A DNA stretch of 64,000 nt from Squalus acanthias (lineage: Eukaryota), in contig CM059432.1 of the NCBI GenBank assembly GCA_030390025.1, positions 119,290,001 through 119,354,000 of the forward strand, in the 5' to 3' direction. This document shows positions 35,590 to 47,189 of this stretch, in pieces. Made by a program: the position numbers and the translations under genes. Below the pieces are notes generated by a model that saw only the letters and a list, made by a program, of their open reading frames with translations, had not been told where the DNA came from and did not search any database. Position 1 is the stretch's first letter. The number at the start of each line of letters is the position of its first letter.

Positions 35590-37368
35590 ATGGAAAACCC
35601 TGTCGGAATTAGCCAATTCTTTTTATTAGGAAACTCAAATGATTGCTTTATTAGGGGAAATAATCCTATCCCTATACCTCCACAAGACCAAGTAATAGTT
35701 TTTGATGGATCGTCACTGATGATTACAAAAGGGACATCCCAACAATCCTCAGCTGGGATGGGGATAGCAGTAGGGACTTTTCGAGATTCCTATTCTTTTT
35801 ATCCAGAAGAATTACTGTCCATACCCCTTGGCCATAAGACAGCACAATATGCTGAAGCCGCAGCACTACGGTATGCTTTAGAAAAGGCAGACCCTATTAA
35901 ACCCATATTAATCTGTACAGATCTAGTTTTCTGGGAACAAACAAACTTTACCGATCATAAGGATAAACCCATAAAACATAAGTCATTGTGGGAAGACATT
36001 CTCCATTCGAGGATGGAGAAACAGAATTGTCAGGTGATTCATGTAAACGGGCATACTACTGGGACAGTACATTCAAAAGGAAACAGTCTTGCAGACGAAC
36101 AAGCAAAACGTTCGGTCTGCATGACACCACCTCGAGAGGGGCCTGCCAATATTAGTGTTATCACTAGGGCAGAACGGGCAACTAATCAGGATGAGGAACT
36201 GATTCAGCTATTAGACCCAACAAAAGAGAATCCACCAGGATATCCATCAAAGTACTTTTACTCGGAAACCCTTACTCGTATTGTGCTAGTTAAGTTGCCC
36301 AAGGGAAACCGAGAAGTACCCCCGAGAAACAAACGAGAACAACTTGTAAAAGAAGCTCACGAGGGCATAGGTCAAGCACATTGTGGTGCCAGAACAACAT
36401 TCTGCAAATTGACTCCCTTATATTGGTGGCCAGGCATGCTTAAGGCCTGTAAAACATACGTGGCAAATTGTGAGCCATGCTATTTAACCAATAAGTCATC
36501 ATTAATTAAGCCACCACCATTGGCTCCTGTGAAAGCTGATGAGCCAATGGGAAAATTCTTTATTGACTTCATTGGACCACTTCCCCCATCTTTGGGATAC
36601 AGACATGTTCTCGTTTGTGTAGATGGATGCACTTCCTTCTGCTGGCTGGTCCCCACGAAAACTGTTTCGGAAAACGCAGTCGCCAATGCTATTACTGACA
36701 TAATTACTGTAGCTGGTGCACCGAAAATCTTACACTCCGTTAAAGGTGGAGCCTTTGTCACCAAGGTCTTCAAAGACTACTGCGAACAAAGGGGGATTGG
36801 GTTAGAGCACAGCACACCACGTCATCCGGATTCAGCGGGGCTGGTGGAACATAAAAACCAGGAAGTAAAAAAGCTATTGGTCAAACTGTTGAGAATCAGG
36901 GGAAATAAGTGGACCACCGTCATTCCGGAGGTGCAGCTATCACTTAATAATGTGCCCGCATCTGCATCAGGGACAGTGTCCCCTAAAACTCCATATTACC
37001 TAATGTATGGGGTTGAGATGCATACACCGCTTACCCATGGTTCTTTTATTACCTCTACACTCTCTGATTCCTTGACCCGACAGCAACAGTTAGATTTAAA
37101 AAAAGAAGTAACAGAGGAGATACATCAAATTGATCAGAGAATAAGGGAGACAAATAGGCAGAAAAAATAGACAAACAAAGCATGGCAACCCCTAGCAGGA
37201 GAATGGGTACAGGAAAAGAAGTTCGAGCAAAAACCTGGTTTAAGACCTAAGTGGAAAAAACCTGTTCAAATACGTTCCGTTATTAACGAAAGAACTGTTA
37301 AAATACATATTAATCAGCTAAATGGCAAGCATATTCTTAAAACTGTCTCCATAGACAATCTCAAATGA
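35590..37368 (+). pseudogene. pol: Foamy-like pol remnant: short N-terminal leader (probably Gag) + RNase H + integrase; ORF of 526 aa to a TAG at 37168, with the IN C-terminal domain continuing in frame to 37368
   Basis: DGSS..AGMGI..SIPLGHKTAQYAE..KPIKHKSLW..HVNGH..GNSLADEQA; HHCC (EAH..AHCG..YWWPGM..CEPC); KFFIDFIGPLPPSLGY; ILHSVKG (catalytic D>V); STPRHPDSAGLVE; after the stop WQPLAGEWVQE..LRPKWKKP..TVSIDNLK. Confidence 0.92.
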
Positions 37369-38017
37369 TGTCCTGCGGGATACCGAAATGGAGGAACAAT
37401 ACAAGGTGCAGTCGTGCACTATCTTCCAAGACCCAGCTTGGAGCATGACACAGGAAATGGATGCGATCGAACTATTGACGACGGTCAGCCAGACAGTGTC
37501 GCCGACTCCTCCACACGATGCTTGGCAACACCTCAGGAATTGGATTTGCAAAAAGCCACAACCAAAACAAGTAAAGACCAACAAGTTACTTCAATGAAGG
37601 AGGAAAACACGGCGGATGGAGAAGGAATCAACTGAGCTGCTGGCAAGGCCTTTACGAAAACAAGAATCTGCCCTCATGCTGAATCAATGGAACAGTGTGT
37701 CTAGCTTCAGCCAGCTCCAAATGATGTCTCCTTGACTCGTATGAATAACTCACCTCTACGGAACGTATATCTGTCAATTGGACATTCTAATTACATGTTG
37801 TTTCGCTAATTGCAGGACAATGTACCTATCATTCTTTTAATTTCTGTTCCATTTAAAATAAGGCAAAACATTGTCCTGGGATGACTTAAAGGAATTTTCA
37901 TGTAGCACATGATTGGACTCTTGTGAATCTCATGAAATTAATGTACTATTGTAACCTTATTTGTAACATTGACCAAACTCTGCCCTGATGCTCAAGCTCA
38001 TTTTTGTCAAGACGGTG

Positions 38018-39156
38018 TGTGAAGGAATAAGCCACATAACCTATTCAGAAAAATACACTTTCTTATGAAAGAATTCTGGCCTTATTAAAACATGACAAAC
38101 TGGGTTTGGAAATTTAGAAACCTAACTATGAAATAGCTATGAAAGCATTTTGGCTATTGAGAAAAGACAGTTGTTGACCCTGAATAAATAACCTTATTGA
38201 AACAAAAGGTGAAGCGCCCCGACAGGCTGACCTTTTGGGGAAAAAACAATGGTTCACCCTGGATAAGGTGTTCTAATTTAAACTTCGTAAAGATAGCACA
38301 TAAGATAAGGAACATCTGCCTTCGTAAAGATGACATAAAGTAAGGAACACCTGCCATCACACCATTTTTATATGGTAAACTTAGAACACCTAGAGATGAG
38401 ATAAGATTCTGGTTGAGGTGGCAGTAAGAGTTGCAGAAGTTGGCAGAAAAATGACTAGAGATAATTAGCTTTCATCAGCAGAAAACCTTAAAGGAAATAC
38501 CACTGGAAAAGGGTATAAATATTGAACTCTCAAATGGGATAACAGACTAGCTTTAATCGGGCAAAGTGATTCTCGGCTTCAGAGGCGGCTCTGTAGTCTC
38601 CAACTCTTTGTACCTTGGGGATCAAAGGTATTTGATATTGATGGATATCCTGAATAGAAACCTTTATGAACTGTAATAATGTAGTGAAGATAAGATTTAA
38701 AAGTAAGATTCTCTGTTAATAATAAGATAGCATTTTTTCTCTTTTTAGAACGGTTAATGTTGTGATTGACTGATTCACCAACTGTAAATTGTATGTCAGT
38801 TCTTTAATAAATCTATATATTTTTAGAATTGTCTCACATAAGACTTCTGCATCAAAAACTCGCGAACTCAATCTCTGTACACTCTTTGGTGAGGAGTTGC
38901 AGACTTCTCAGGGAGTTTTCCGGACCCTCATAATATCCGGAACGTTACAGTCTAGCTAAACTTATTAAAAGCGCTATCTGGAGGACAGTAACATTCTCGG
39001 GTTGTTCCTTTCCTTTAGGGAGAGATAGCCCGGAGCTTTAGACCCAATTAAGTGTCTTTAGGATTCGGCTCAAACTTTAGTTGAAAGTGAACATCTGAGA
39101 AATACGCCTGATCCGGGGTAGCCCTAAAGGGGCTGGGACTAGTAAATATCCCTTCA
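38018..39156 (+). repeat. 3' LTR
   Basis: TGTGAAGG...CCCTTCA; about 5% different from the 5' LTR over the first ~210 nt compared by eye. Confidence 0.93.
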
Positions 39157-39279
39157 ACAGAGGCTTGTAAGACTGGAGGAGGGAGCTACCCACCCCTCCA
39201 GATTCTTTATTCCACTATGAATCATCTCCTTAAATCTCTGTACGCTTCCCCCTCCACTCTTACATTGAGCAACAAATGT

Positions 39280-40195
39280 GAGGAACTCTTGGATTTCTTT
39301 GTACCCAACGTAGAAACCATCTGTTCGGCTGCCTCTGCAGCATATCCACTTCCCCTTGCCTGCCAAGACAAACCTACTCCCGTCAGCCAATCCTAGCCCT
39401 TAACCTTCGTCTCTCTCTATCTAAACATTAGGAAGACCAAAGCCATCAGCTTCAGCCCTGTCACAAACTCTGTACCCTTGCCACTTACTCCATCCCTCTC
39501 CCCAACTGCTCCCCAAGCTGAACCAGACTGTTTGAAACATCAACATGTTATTCAGCTTGAGCTGAGCTTTTAATCCCAGTTTCCCTCCGTTACATAGACT
39601 GCCGACTTCCACTTTCGAAACATCACTCATTAATAACCCTACTTCAGCCCACTGCCACTGAAACCCTCATCCATATCTTTGTCACCACTAGTCCAATGCT
39701 CTCCTGGCCAGCCTCCCATCCTTCAGCTGCCTATATCCTATCCTGCACCGCCCCATCACCATTCCCCCATCATCCCTGTCCTCACTGATCTACATTGACT
39801 CCAAGTCCCCCAATGCCTCAGATATAAAATTTTCTTCCTTATGCTTAAATCTCTCCTTGACCTCACCCCTCCTTAACTGTGCAATCTCCGCTAATGTTAC
39901 AACCAGCCCTTTCTCTGAATGCTCCATTCTACTTTTGCATCTTGCCCTCCTTACACTCCTTCATTAGCAGCAGTGCCTTCAGCCATCTAGGCTAAACCCT
40001 CTGGAATTCCTTCCCTAAATTCTTCCACCTCTTCACCTCCTTGTCCTCCTTTAAGACCCTATTTAAAATCTATCTCTTTGACCAAGCTTTTGGTCACCCC
40101 TCCTAATATCTCTTTCTTTTGCCCATTTGTTCATTTCACCTCTGTGAAATGCCTTGAGACATTTTTCTATTTTTACTGTATTATATAAATGTTGT
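39280..40195 (+). mobile_element. Degenerate L2 3' region
   Basis: Homologous to 53400-55015 (GAAGACCAAAGCCAT, CTGAAACCCTCATCCAT, CTCTTTGACCAAGCTTTTGGTCACC). Confidence 0.7.
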
Positions 40196-40329
40196 TATTC
40201 ATCAAGGAGCAGTTCTTTTCTTTGACATGGCCTTTCCATTGTTCAGACAGCTTAAGAACTGTCATGTTCCACACAGAAAACTTATTCATAAAGCCCACAA
40301 TCCTGTGTCTAACCACATATCCATCCAAC

Positions 40330-40790
40330 TCTTTTTAAGTGTGTTAATTTGACACAAAATGAATTGCTATATAAAAGAGCTGTGAGTCTATTCCATATAT
40401 CCACTATTCTGGAGGGGAAAAAATCTTTCTAATCTCAAATCTTGCTTCAGACTTGTTCATTTAATACTTGTGTCCTCTAGATCTGTCCTTATGGTTGAAG
40501 TTAAATGACTTGCTTGCAGCTCATATTATCTATTTGGCTCAGCATTAAAAAAAAACTAAATCATGTGCTTCTTCAATTGACTTCTCACCACTGACAACAA
40601 ATTGAGCTTTGTGAATGTTTCTTTGGAACTATAAGATCTAATACCTAGAACTATTCCATTTGATCTTCTCTAAACCCTCCCAACATATCAATGACCTTCT
40701 GAAAGTACTGTGCTCAAAATTTCACATTATATTCCAAATATGGCTTCACCAGCATACACGACTAGCTCACTTTGATTTATGGTCAGAAGC
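40330..40790 (-). mobile_element. Old CR1-like 3' fragment
   Basis: Weak similarity to the CR1 C-terminal region at 3140-3560. Confidence 0.4.
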
Positions 40791-42459
40791 CCTTGAGATG
40801 TATTTCAGTACTAGATTAAACTTGTTTTATTTTGTTTTATGCTCATTCAGGCATGTTAGTGTTGAGCAATGCAGTTATTTCCATTTCAACTTGTCCAAGC
40901 ACAGGTCAGTATAGAACAACTAGATGCAAAGTTCCTTCTATTCTGCCCCAGCAACATGCCTTAGCCCCAATCTCAGAAGTGTACCCCCCTCCTACTGTGT
41001 CATCTGATATTGTTGTCCATCTCCCACACCTCTTTGAGTGAGATAGCCAATTATTGCTGAATGAGGGTGTAAGGGGTTTTGTCGTGCTTGTATCGCAGAC
41101 GGTGCTGGTGCGGGGTTAGGCCTTCATTGCCTAATACTATTGCTTGCTCTGGTCTCCGGCCAGCCTTGTTGCAATAAGCACCTGTGAGTGGTTCGACCCA
41201 CTCGCCCTTACGGTTCTGACACTGGACTTAGGTGCGAGAGCAGTAATGCAGAGAAAAACTCAAATAGACTCGGTTGAATAGTACGAAATGGAAATCTTTA
41301 TTGCATAGCGTCCAAAATCATGAAGTACATGTCATAGGCGCAAATTAACGAGAGTACAAGTATACATACATTCATAAAGCTTTGTCTATGGTAATGAAGA
41401 ACGCACGGCACATCGTAAAAAGGGGAACACATTATACTTTATCCTTAATAAAACCACCCTCCCTTATCAATACCTACACTACATCTAGATTTGTAGGATC
41501 GGGAAACATGCTCACCACTCGTGATACTTCGGAGAATTTTAAAGTGAGGCACTCGGCTCGTTTCGCTGCAGCGCCTGACTGTCACGTGTTTGGAGGGGTC
41601 TCTGTACCCCACTTGTTTATCTTCGCTGCTGCGGCAAGCAGGCCGGGCTCCCCGTTGTCATGAAGAACTCGACAGAACTCGGACACGGTTCGAAGAAGAG
41701 TCTTCCTGTGTCCGACACCGGTTGCCGGTAGAATTCGAAAAAGAGTCTTCCTGTCCCCGACATCGGTTGTCGGGGGACTTCAATGAAAAGTTCTTTCTTG
41801 TATTTTCGGGCGCGGTCGGGGTTTACTGACCGCGGCGGCACGTGGATTCTTCTCCTCTTCTTCTCGTCTCGTCTCGTCTCTTCGGGCCTTCGGGTCCAGA
41901 CACCGTTTACCGACTCTCGGGATGGTGCACCCGGTCACTGGCCCTCGTTGAGACGGCTCGTTCCGTTTGAGCTCCACCCAACATAGTCAACAGAGCCCAG
42001 AGAGAACACCGAAAACCCTCCGCAGTCAGCAGCGAGATAAGAGAATAAGGTGCCGAATCAAGAGAATAAGAGAGCGATGGACATTTGTTCACTATAGTTA
42101 TAGGGCGAAAAATTCAGTATCGCCCCATTTGGGGCGCAATTATCGGCCGGGCGCAAAAATTAGCGCCTGGCGCTAATTATCGCCACTGACTGGAAACTTC
42201 ACTTTTAACGCCCCGGGAAGTGATTGGAGCGCTAAATCAGACGCTGCACACCTGTCTTAAGGCGCAAAGGCCGAGGAGTGAGGCGCTAACTCAGAGTGCG
42301 AGCGCAGCGCAGGTGCTGCCAGTTAGCGAGGGAACACAGACACACTGGCGCCGGCCAGTTCTTAAAGGGGGGGGCGATCTTGCTCCCCAGCCACACCCTG
42401 CTCATTGCAGCCTTGAATCTCGACCTGGAGAGACCTGACCTTCAATTTTCCAGCCAAGG

Positions 42460-44305
42460 ATGGAGAGAGCGAGAGAGCGAGCTCAGCGCTTCAGCGAGCG
42501 GGCCTTGGATGCTCTGGTTGGTGCGGTGGAGCGCCGAGGATCAACACTGTACCCTTAGAGTGGCAGGAGGCCTTTGCCGCGCGACTACAGAAGGGTGTGG
42601 AGGGAGGTGGCTCAGCACGTCTCCTCCAGCAACATGGTGCCCAGGACCCATATACAATGCCGGAAAAAGTTCAACGACCTCACTCGGGTCGTCAGGGTGA
42701 GTGGCTTTTTTGCAATACCTCTCCATTCCTCCATCTCAGCCTCACTCTATGGCCAGAGGGTCTTAAAACCACAATTAACAGCACTCATCCAACACCTATG
42801 GCCCTTTCATGAAGCACACACACACATTCCACACTTTGCATACAGTAAGGGCTATTCACCTATGGGAGGCACATCAGGCAAGACCATGGCTGTAGTACAG
42901 TAAGGGCTATTCACCTATGGGAGGCACATCAGGCAAGACCATGGCTGTAGTACAGTAAGGGCTATTCACCTATGGGAGGCACATCAGGCAAGACCATGGC
43001 TGTATATTTACTCAGACGCCGTCCTTTTTCTTGCAGGCCAAGCTGGCGCATAATAGGAGACAGCAGCAGCGGACGGGTGGAGGGCCGCCTCAGCTGCAAC
43101 CCCTCAGCGATCTTGAGGAGCGCGTCCACAGGATTGTGGCAAGCTGGGTGATCGGTCCCGTCGCCACTGGAGACGCCGACCCCGTTCTGGACAGCAATGG
43201 TAAGGTCATCACCTTTTTGTCCTCTGTCCTTCCACTTGTCCCTCACAACACCAGCCTTTGACACTTACAATCCAACTTACTAACTCGCTGCACTTATTCC
43301 TCCCTTACTGCCACCCTGTCCTCACGCTAAAGCCACTCTTGTACCTCCCTGCTTTCAGATGGTGATTCACCAGCTGAGGAGACGGGCCCTGAAGCTGCCA
43401 GTGGGAGTGAGGCTGCAGCTGAGGAGGAAGAGGAAGCCGGACCATCAGAGCCACCCTCTCCCGAGGAAGCCCATGCCGACACTGAGGACACGCCTTCCCT
43501 GGAGGGGAGCAGGGGGGAAGTGTCTGATGAGGGTGAAGCTCCAGGACCCAGCGGGCTGCAGCAATGCCATGGGGGTAGGGAAGCACGGGGGCCTTCTCCC
43601 CGGAGGGAGAGTAGGCCAGCGAGTCCTGCTGCACTGGACGCAGAGGAGGAGTGGCTGATCGCGGAAATGAACACCCAGGCGGTGGCCATGCACACTGAGC
43701 TCATGGCTGCAGTGGGTAGGGAGCCCGAATGCATTGAGTCACTGGCAAGGAGTGTGGAGCACTTCGCTGCAGCGCAGGCGGATGCGACACTGAAGCTCAG
43801 TGCTGCAATTCAATCTCAGACTGCTCTCATGCAGACTCAGATTGAGGCCACGCGAGCACTGTCTGCTGCCATCCTCACTGGTTCGGACACATTTCCCCGG
43901 GGCTCTCACCGCGCCGCAGCAGGCCAGCAATCTGTGCTCCAGCAGATTGCTCCGGATGCTGAGGTGCTGCCCCGTGGGAGTGCCAGTGTACCGGTCGAGC
44001 AGGGAGTTGCTGTCCTCGCTCAAGATGACAGCATTCTTGCTGCCACCACTGTCACTTCTCCACTGCAGTTGCCACCGCCTGTAGGACAGACTGCTGCTGC
44101 CCATGCAGAGTTGGTGCAGTCTGCAGCCGGGCCCTCCAGGCCCAGAACTGGTCGAGGCCGTCCCTCAAGGGCATCTGCATTGTCAGGGCTTGACAGTCAG
44201 CAGCCTTCCACCAGCCTTGCTGTAGCCACTGAGGTCCCATTGCGGAGGAGCAGTAGGGTAAGAAGGGGGGAAGGGCGCACGGGAAGGAGTTCACCCTCGA
44301 TGTAG
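42460..44305 (+). pseudogene. Harbinger Myb/SANT gene, exons 42460-42696, 43037-43199, 43359-44305 (448 codons), nonsense TAG at codon 33 (42556-42558)
   Basis: Same splice sites as copy 1; TAG replaces GAG (Glu); otherwise open. Confidence 0.87.
42841..43005. repeat. 55-bp tandem repeat x3 in Myb intron 1
   Basis: TACAGTAAGGGCTATTCACC starts at 42841, 42896 and 42951. Confidence 0.92.
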
Positions 44306-44616
44306 GAGGTGTGACAAAATGCTGGTTGTTTTTTTATTAAAGGCCGAGGTTCGAGGTCAAACTTTTGTTGAGTGTTTAGCACATGATCTCCAGGTTGTGA
44401 GAACCAGTTATGGTAATGACTGTTTTTTTGTGTTTATTTGTATGAGTGTGTCATGAGTAAATGACACACACAGAGTTTGTAAAATAAATAAGTTTTGGTA
44501 CTCAAAATATACATGTTTGGTGTTTGGAATCATTGGTGCCTTGGCCGGCTTAGGGGTTGCGTGTTGGGTTCATTCATGCTGTTCTCAATGGCAGAAGCCA
44601 TTTCCACAGCAGGGGC

Positions 44617-44724
44617 CTAGAAGCGGCTTGCTATCAGCCGTTGACGGACGACCCTTGCAGTTCCACCATTGTGGGCCGCCCTCACGCCTTGGTGCTGCTG
44701 CTGATCATCCTCCTCCTCCTCTTC

Positions 44725-44779
<55 letters not shown>

Positions 44780-45810
44780 GGTGGTGCTCCAAGGCCTGGT
44801 GGCATTGGCTGGGTCCTGAGGATTGCCATGTTATGCAGCATGCAGCACACAACTACGATGTGGGAAACTCGCTCAGGCGAGTACTGCAGGGCTCCTCCAG
44901 AATGGTCGAGACAGCGGAACCGTTGCTTGAGCACGCCGATTGTGTGCTCCACAATGTTCCTGGTAGCTTGATGGCTCTCGTTGTACCGCAGCTCAGCAGG
45001 GGTGTTGGGTGTACGGAGCGGTGTCATCAGCCAGGTGCTCAGTGGATACCCCTTGTCCCCGAGAAGCCAACCAACTGGCTGATGCGGTGCCTCGAAAAGT
45101 TCTGCCACAGTAGTCTGGCGCAGGATGAAAGCATCGTGACAGTTGCCAGGATAGTGGGCATTGACAGCGAGTATCAACTGTCTGTGGTCACAGACCAACT
45201 GAACATTCAAGGAATGGAACCCCTTTCTGTTCCGGAAATCCTCGGCATTCTCATGCGGAGCACGCAAAGCCACATGCGTGCAGTCAATGGCGCCCTGCAC
45301 CATGGGGAAGCCCCCTATCCTGGCAAAGCCCAGAGCGCGTTCTTGCTGCTTGTCTGGGGTCATGGGGAAAGAGATGAACTCTCGTCTCCTTTTAAAGAGG
45401 GCATTTGTGACCTTCCTGATGCAGCAATGCACCGCGAACTGGGCGAGATTGGCGATGTCCCCAACAGCAGATTGAAATGAGCCAGTAGCATAAAAGTTCA
45501 GAGCCACTGTGACCTTCACTGCCACCGACAGAGACGTCCTGGACCTCAGTTGAGGCTGCAGATCTGGCTGCAGCAGGTGGCAGAGCTCAGTGACCACCTC
45601 CTTGCTGAAGCGCAGCCTTCGCAGACACTGCTCATCAGACATATGAATGTAGGAGAGCTGTTCACGATATACCCTGGGAGGGTAAGCTCTCCTGTACAGA
45701 CGCCTGTTGGCCCTCCTCCGTCTGGCCATCATTGCCACTCTTTCTCTGCGTCTCCGTCTCCTCCGATTCAGCTGGCGCAGGACGACGCCCCCCATCAGTG
45801 CAGCCCCCAT
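44617..45810 (-). CDS. Intact Harbinger DDE transposase, 397 aa
   Basis: ATG at 45810 aligns with the copy 1 start; GAIDCTH, PGNCHDAFIL, LLGDKGY, VEHTIGVLKQRFRCL, VVCCMLHN; no stops; poly-Glu tail. Confidence 0.93.
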
Positions 45811-47189
45811 AGTCTCGTAGCAAGCAAAGTTATGAAGGCCAGAAACCAAAGTACCAGCGAAGTTATAATCAGTAGCCAAAACTACCTCACACAGCGTTGA
45901 CTCAATGCACAAATCTCTCTCTCTCTCTCTCCGAATCTCTCTCTCTCTCTCAGAACGAGTGGTGCAAAAATGTCAACCACAGAGAAAGACAGGAAGAGGC
46001 CCCCTTTAAATAGCGCCCCCCCGAGCCCCACAGCGATTGTTAGTGCTCCACTCTACCGGTCGTTGGGTGCGCCAGGCGGCAAGGATGGGGGCGCCACTGA
46101 ATTTCTGCTCCGGGGCGCCACAAGGGCGTTGCACTTTCGTATGACGTCACAATCCGCGGGCGCAGGGGACCGTGGCGATAAAGTTTAGCGCCGCCGCAAA
46201 ATGTCTAGTGAAGTTCCCGAGTGGCGCAAACATCGCTGCGCCCGGGCGCTAGCTGCTTTGCGCCCCATTAGCGCCCTCTTAAGGCGCTAACGGGAGGCGC
46301 AACCAACTGAATTTTTAGCCCATCGTGCTGTGTTCCCTTATCTCCCGCCCAAATCTTAATGTTTGTCCTTTGTGAAATATTGGCGCTCAAAACTACCAGC
46401 ATGGGGCGATTCTTTCCTTTAACGGGTTTCGGTAGCACCTGAAACTGGCCAACTATCCGTTAATGTTTTCCCCATTGTCAAACCGGCTAGGAGTCTCCCT
46501 GACTGGTTTTGGGGCCTCCTCGAATACTGACTTAATCACCCGTGAATGGCTCTCTCATTGTAGAGCCGTGGGGGTATATGTGTGTTGCTGTGTCTGGATG
46601 GGCCTTCGATTGCCCAGTACAATGGTCCTTACTTGTGCATGGAAAACAATTCCAGCACTTATATCTTTTGCTATTGTCACAAATGCAAACAGGTTGCATC
46701 CTGTCTTATATTTGAAATGTATATTCGAACGCCATCTTGTCTGCCCACTGAAATTCTGGAAGCTTCTGCCACGATGCGCGGCGGCCATTTTACAGGCTTC
46801 TGTGTCCTTTATATCATGACAGCACTTCGTTTAAATAAACTGATCAAACGAATCTGCTTCTCTTTCGTTATTTTGAATCGCGATAGTTGCGAAACTTTAC
46901 AAGGGTCATTTTTTTTGTGCTTTTGTACTCTGCCTGCGAGGAACTTGATTGAATCTGCCCAAACTCATTTCACATAGGACCCATACAACCAACAGAGAAA
47001 ACCTTCATCTCATCAGTCTGGGCTGGATTTGAACCTAGGTCTCAGAGGTGAGATATCAGTGCCTAACTCACTGCAGCATCACTTCTTCCTTGATCAACCC
47101 TGTTTATGACAGCTTCACATTCACCAGATATTTTCAGTGAATGATCAATAATCACATCCAAATTCTTTTCTTTGTCCTTGTCGTCATAT

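Larger units (their letters stand above)
33413..39156 (+). mobile_element. Endogenous foamy-virus-like (Spumaretrovirinae-like) provirus, internally deleted
   Basis: Two 1139-bp LTRs with TG...CA ends, 4-bp TSD ACAG (33409-33412, 39157-39160), tRNA-Lys-like PBS, and foamy-type RNase H and integrase. Confidence 0.92.
42103..46321 (-). mobile_element. Full-length PIF/Harbinger transposon, copy 2 (opposite orientation to copy 1)
   Basis: TIR GGGCGAAAAATTCAGT / ACTGAATTTTTAGCCC; flanks ATA/ATC; same two genes as copy 1. Confidence 0.95.
41068..46901. mobile_element. About 1.6-kb solo-LTR-like element (41068-42102 + 46322-46901) interrupted by Harbinger copy 2
   Basis: Termini TGTAAGG / CTTTACA, 4-bp TSD AGGG (41064-41067, 46902-46905); CpG-rich and non-coding. 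Confidence 0.7.
40860..47080 (-). mobile_element. LF-SINE-like element split into 40860-41067 (body) and 46902-47080 (tRNA-like head)
   Basis: Minus strand TCTCACCTCTGAGACCTAGGTTCAAATCCAGCCCAGACTGATG..GGGTCCTATGTGAAATGAGTTTGGGCAG then AATTGGC.ATCTCACTCA.AGAGG. Confidence 0.55.

Noticed and set aside
35590..37170. Host exaptation of the 526-codon foamy RNase H-IN ORF
   Set aside because: The second catalytic Asp is Val, RNase H appears to lack about 11-12 residues after TD, and a stop cuts off the IN C-terminal domain. One or two stops is roughly what neutral decay predicts at about 5% LTR divergence
37322..38017. env or accessory (tas/bet) gene and polypurine tract
   Set aside because: Only short interrupted ORFs with no recognisable motif, and the PPT is not clearly preserved; cannot be assigned by eye
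44557..45480. 307-aa antisense ORF with a Leu/Phe hydrophobic run, and a similar antisense ORF at 17455-18102
   Set aside because: Shadow of the GC-rich transposase; the hydrophobic run is the reverse complement of the poly-Glu codons
44617..45810. Host HARBI1 gene
   Set aside because: Lies between TIRs with a Myb partner and has a close paralogue in the window; it is a transposon gene
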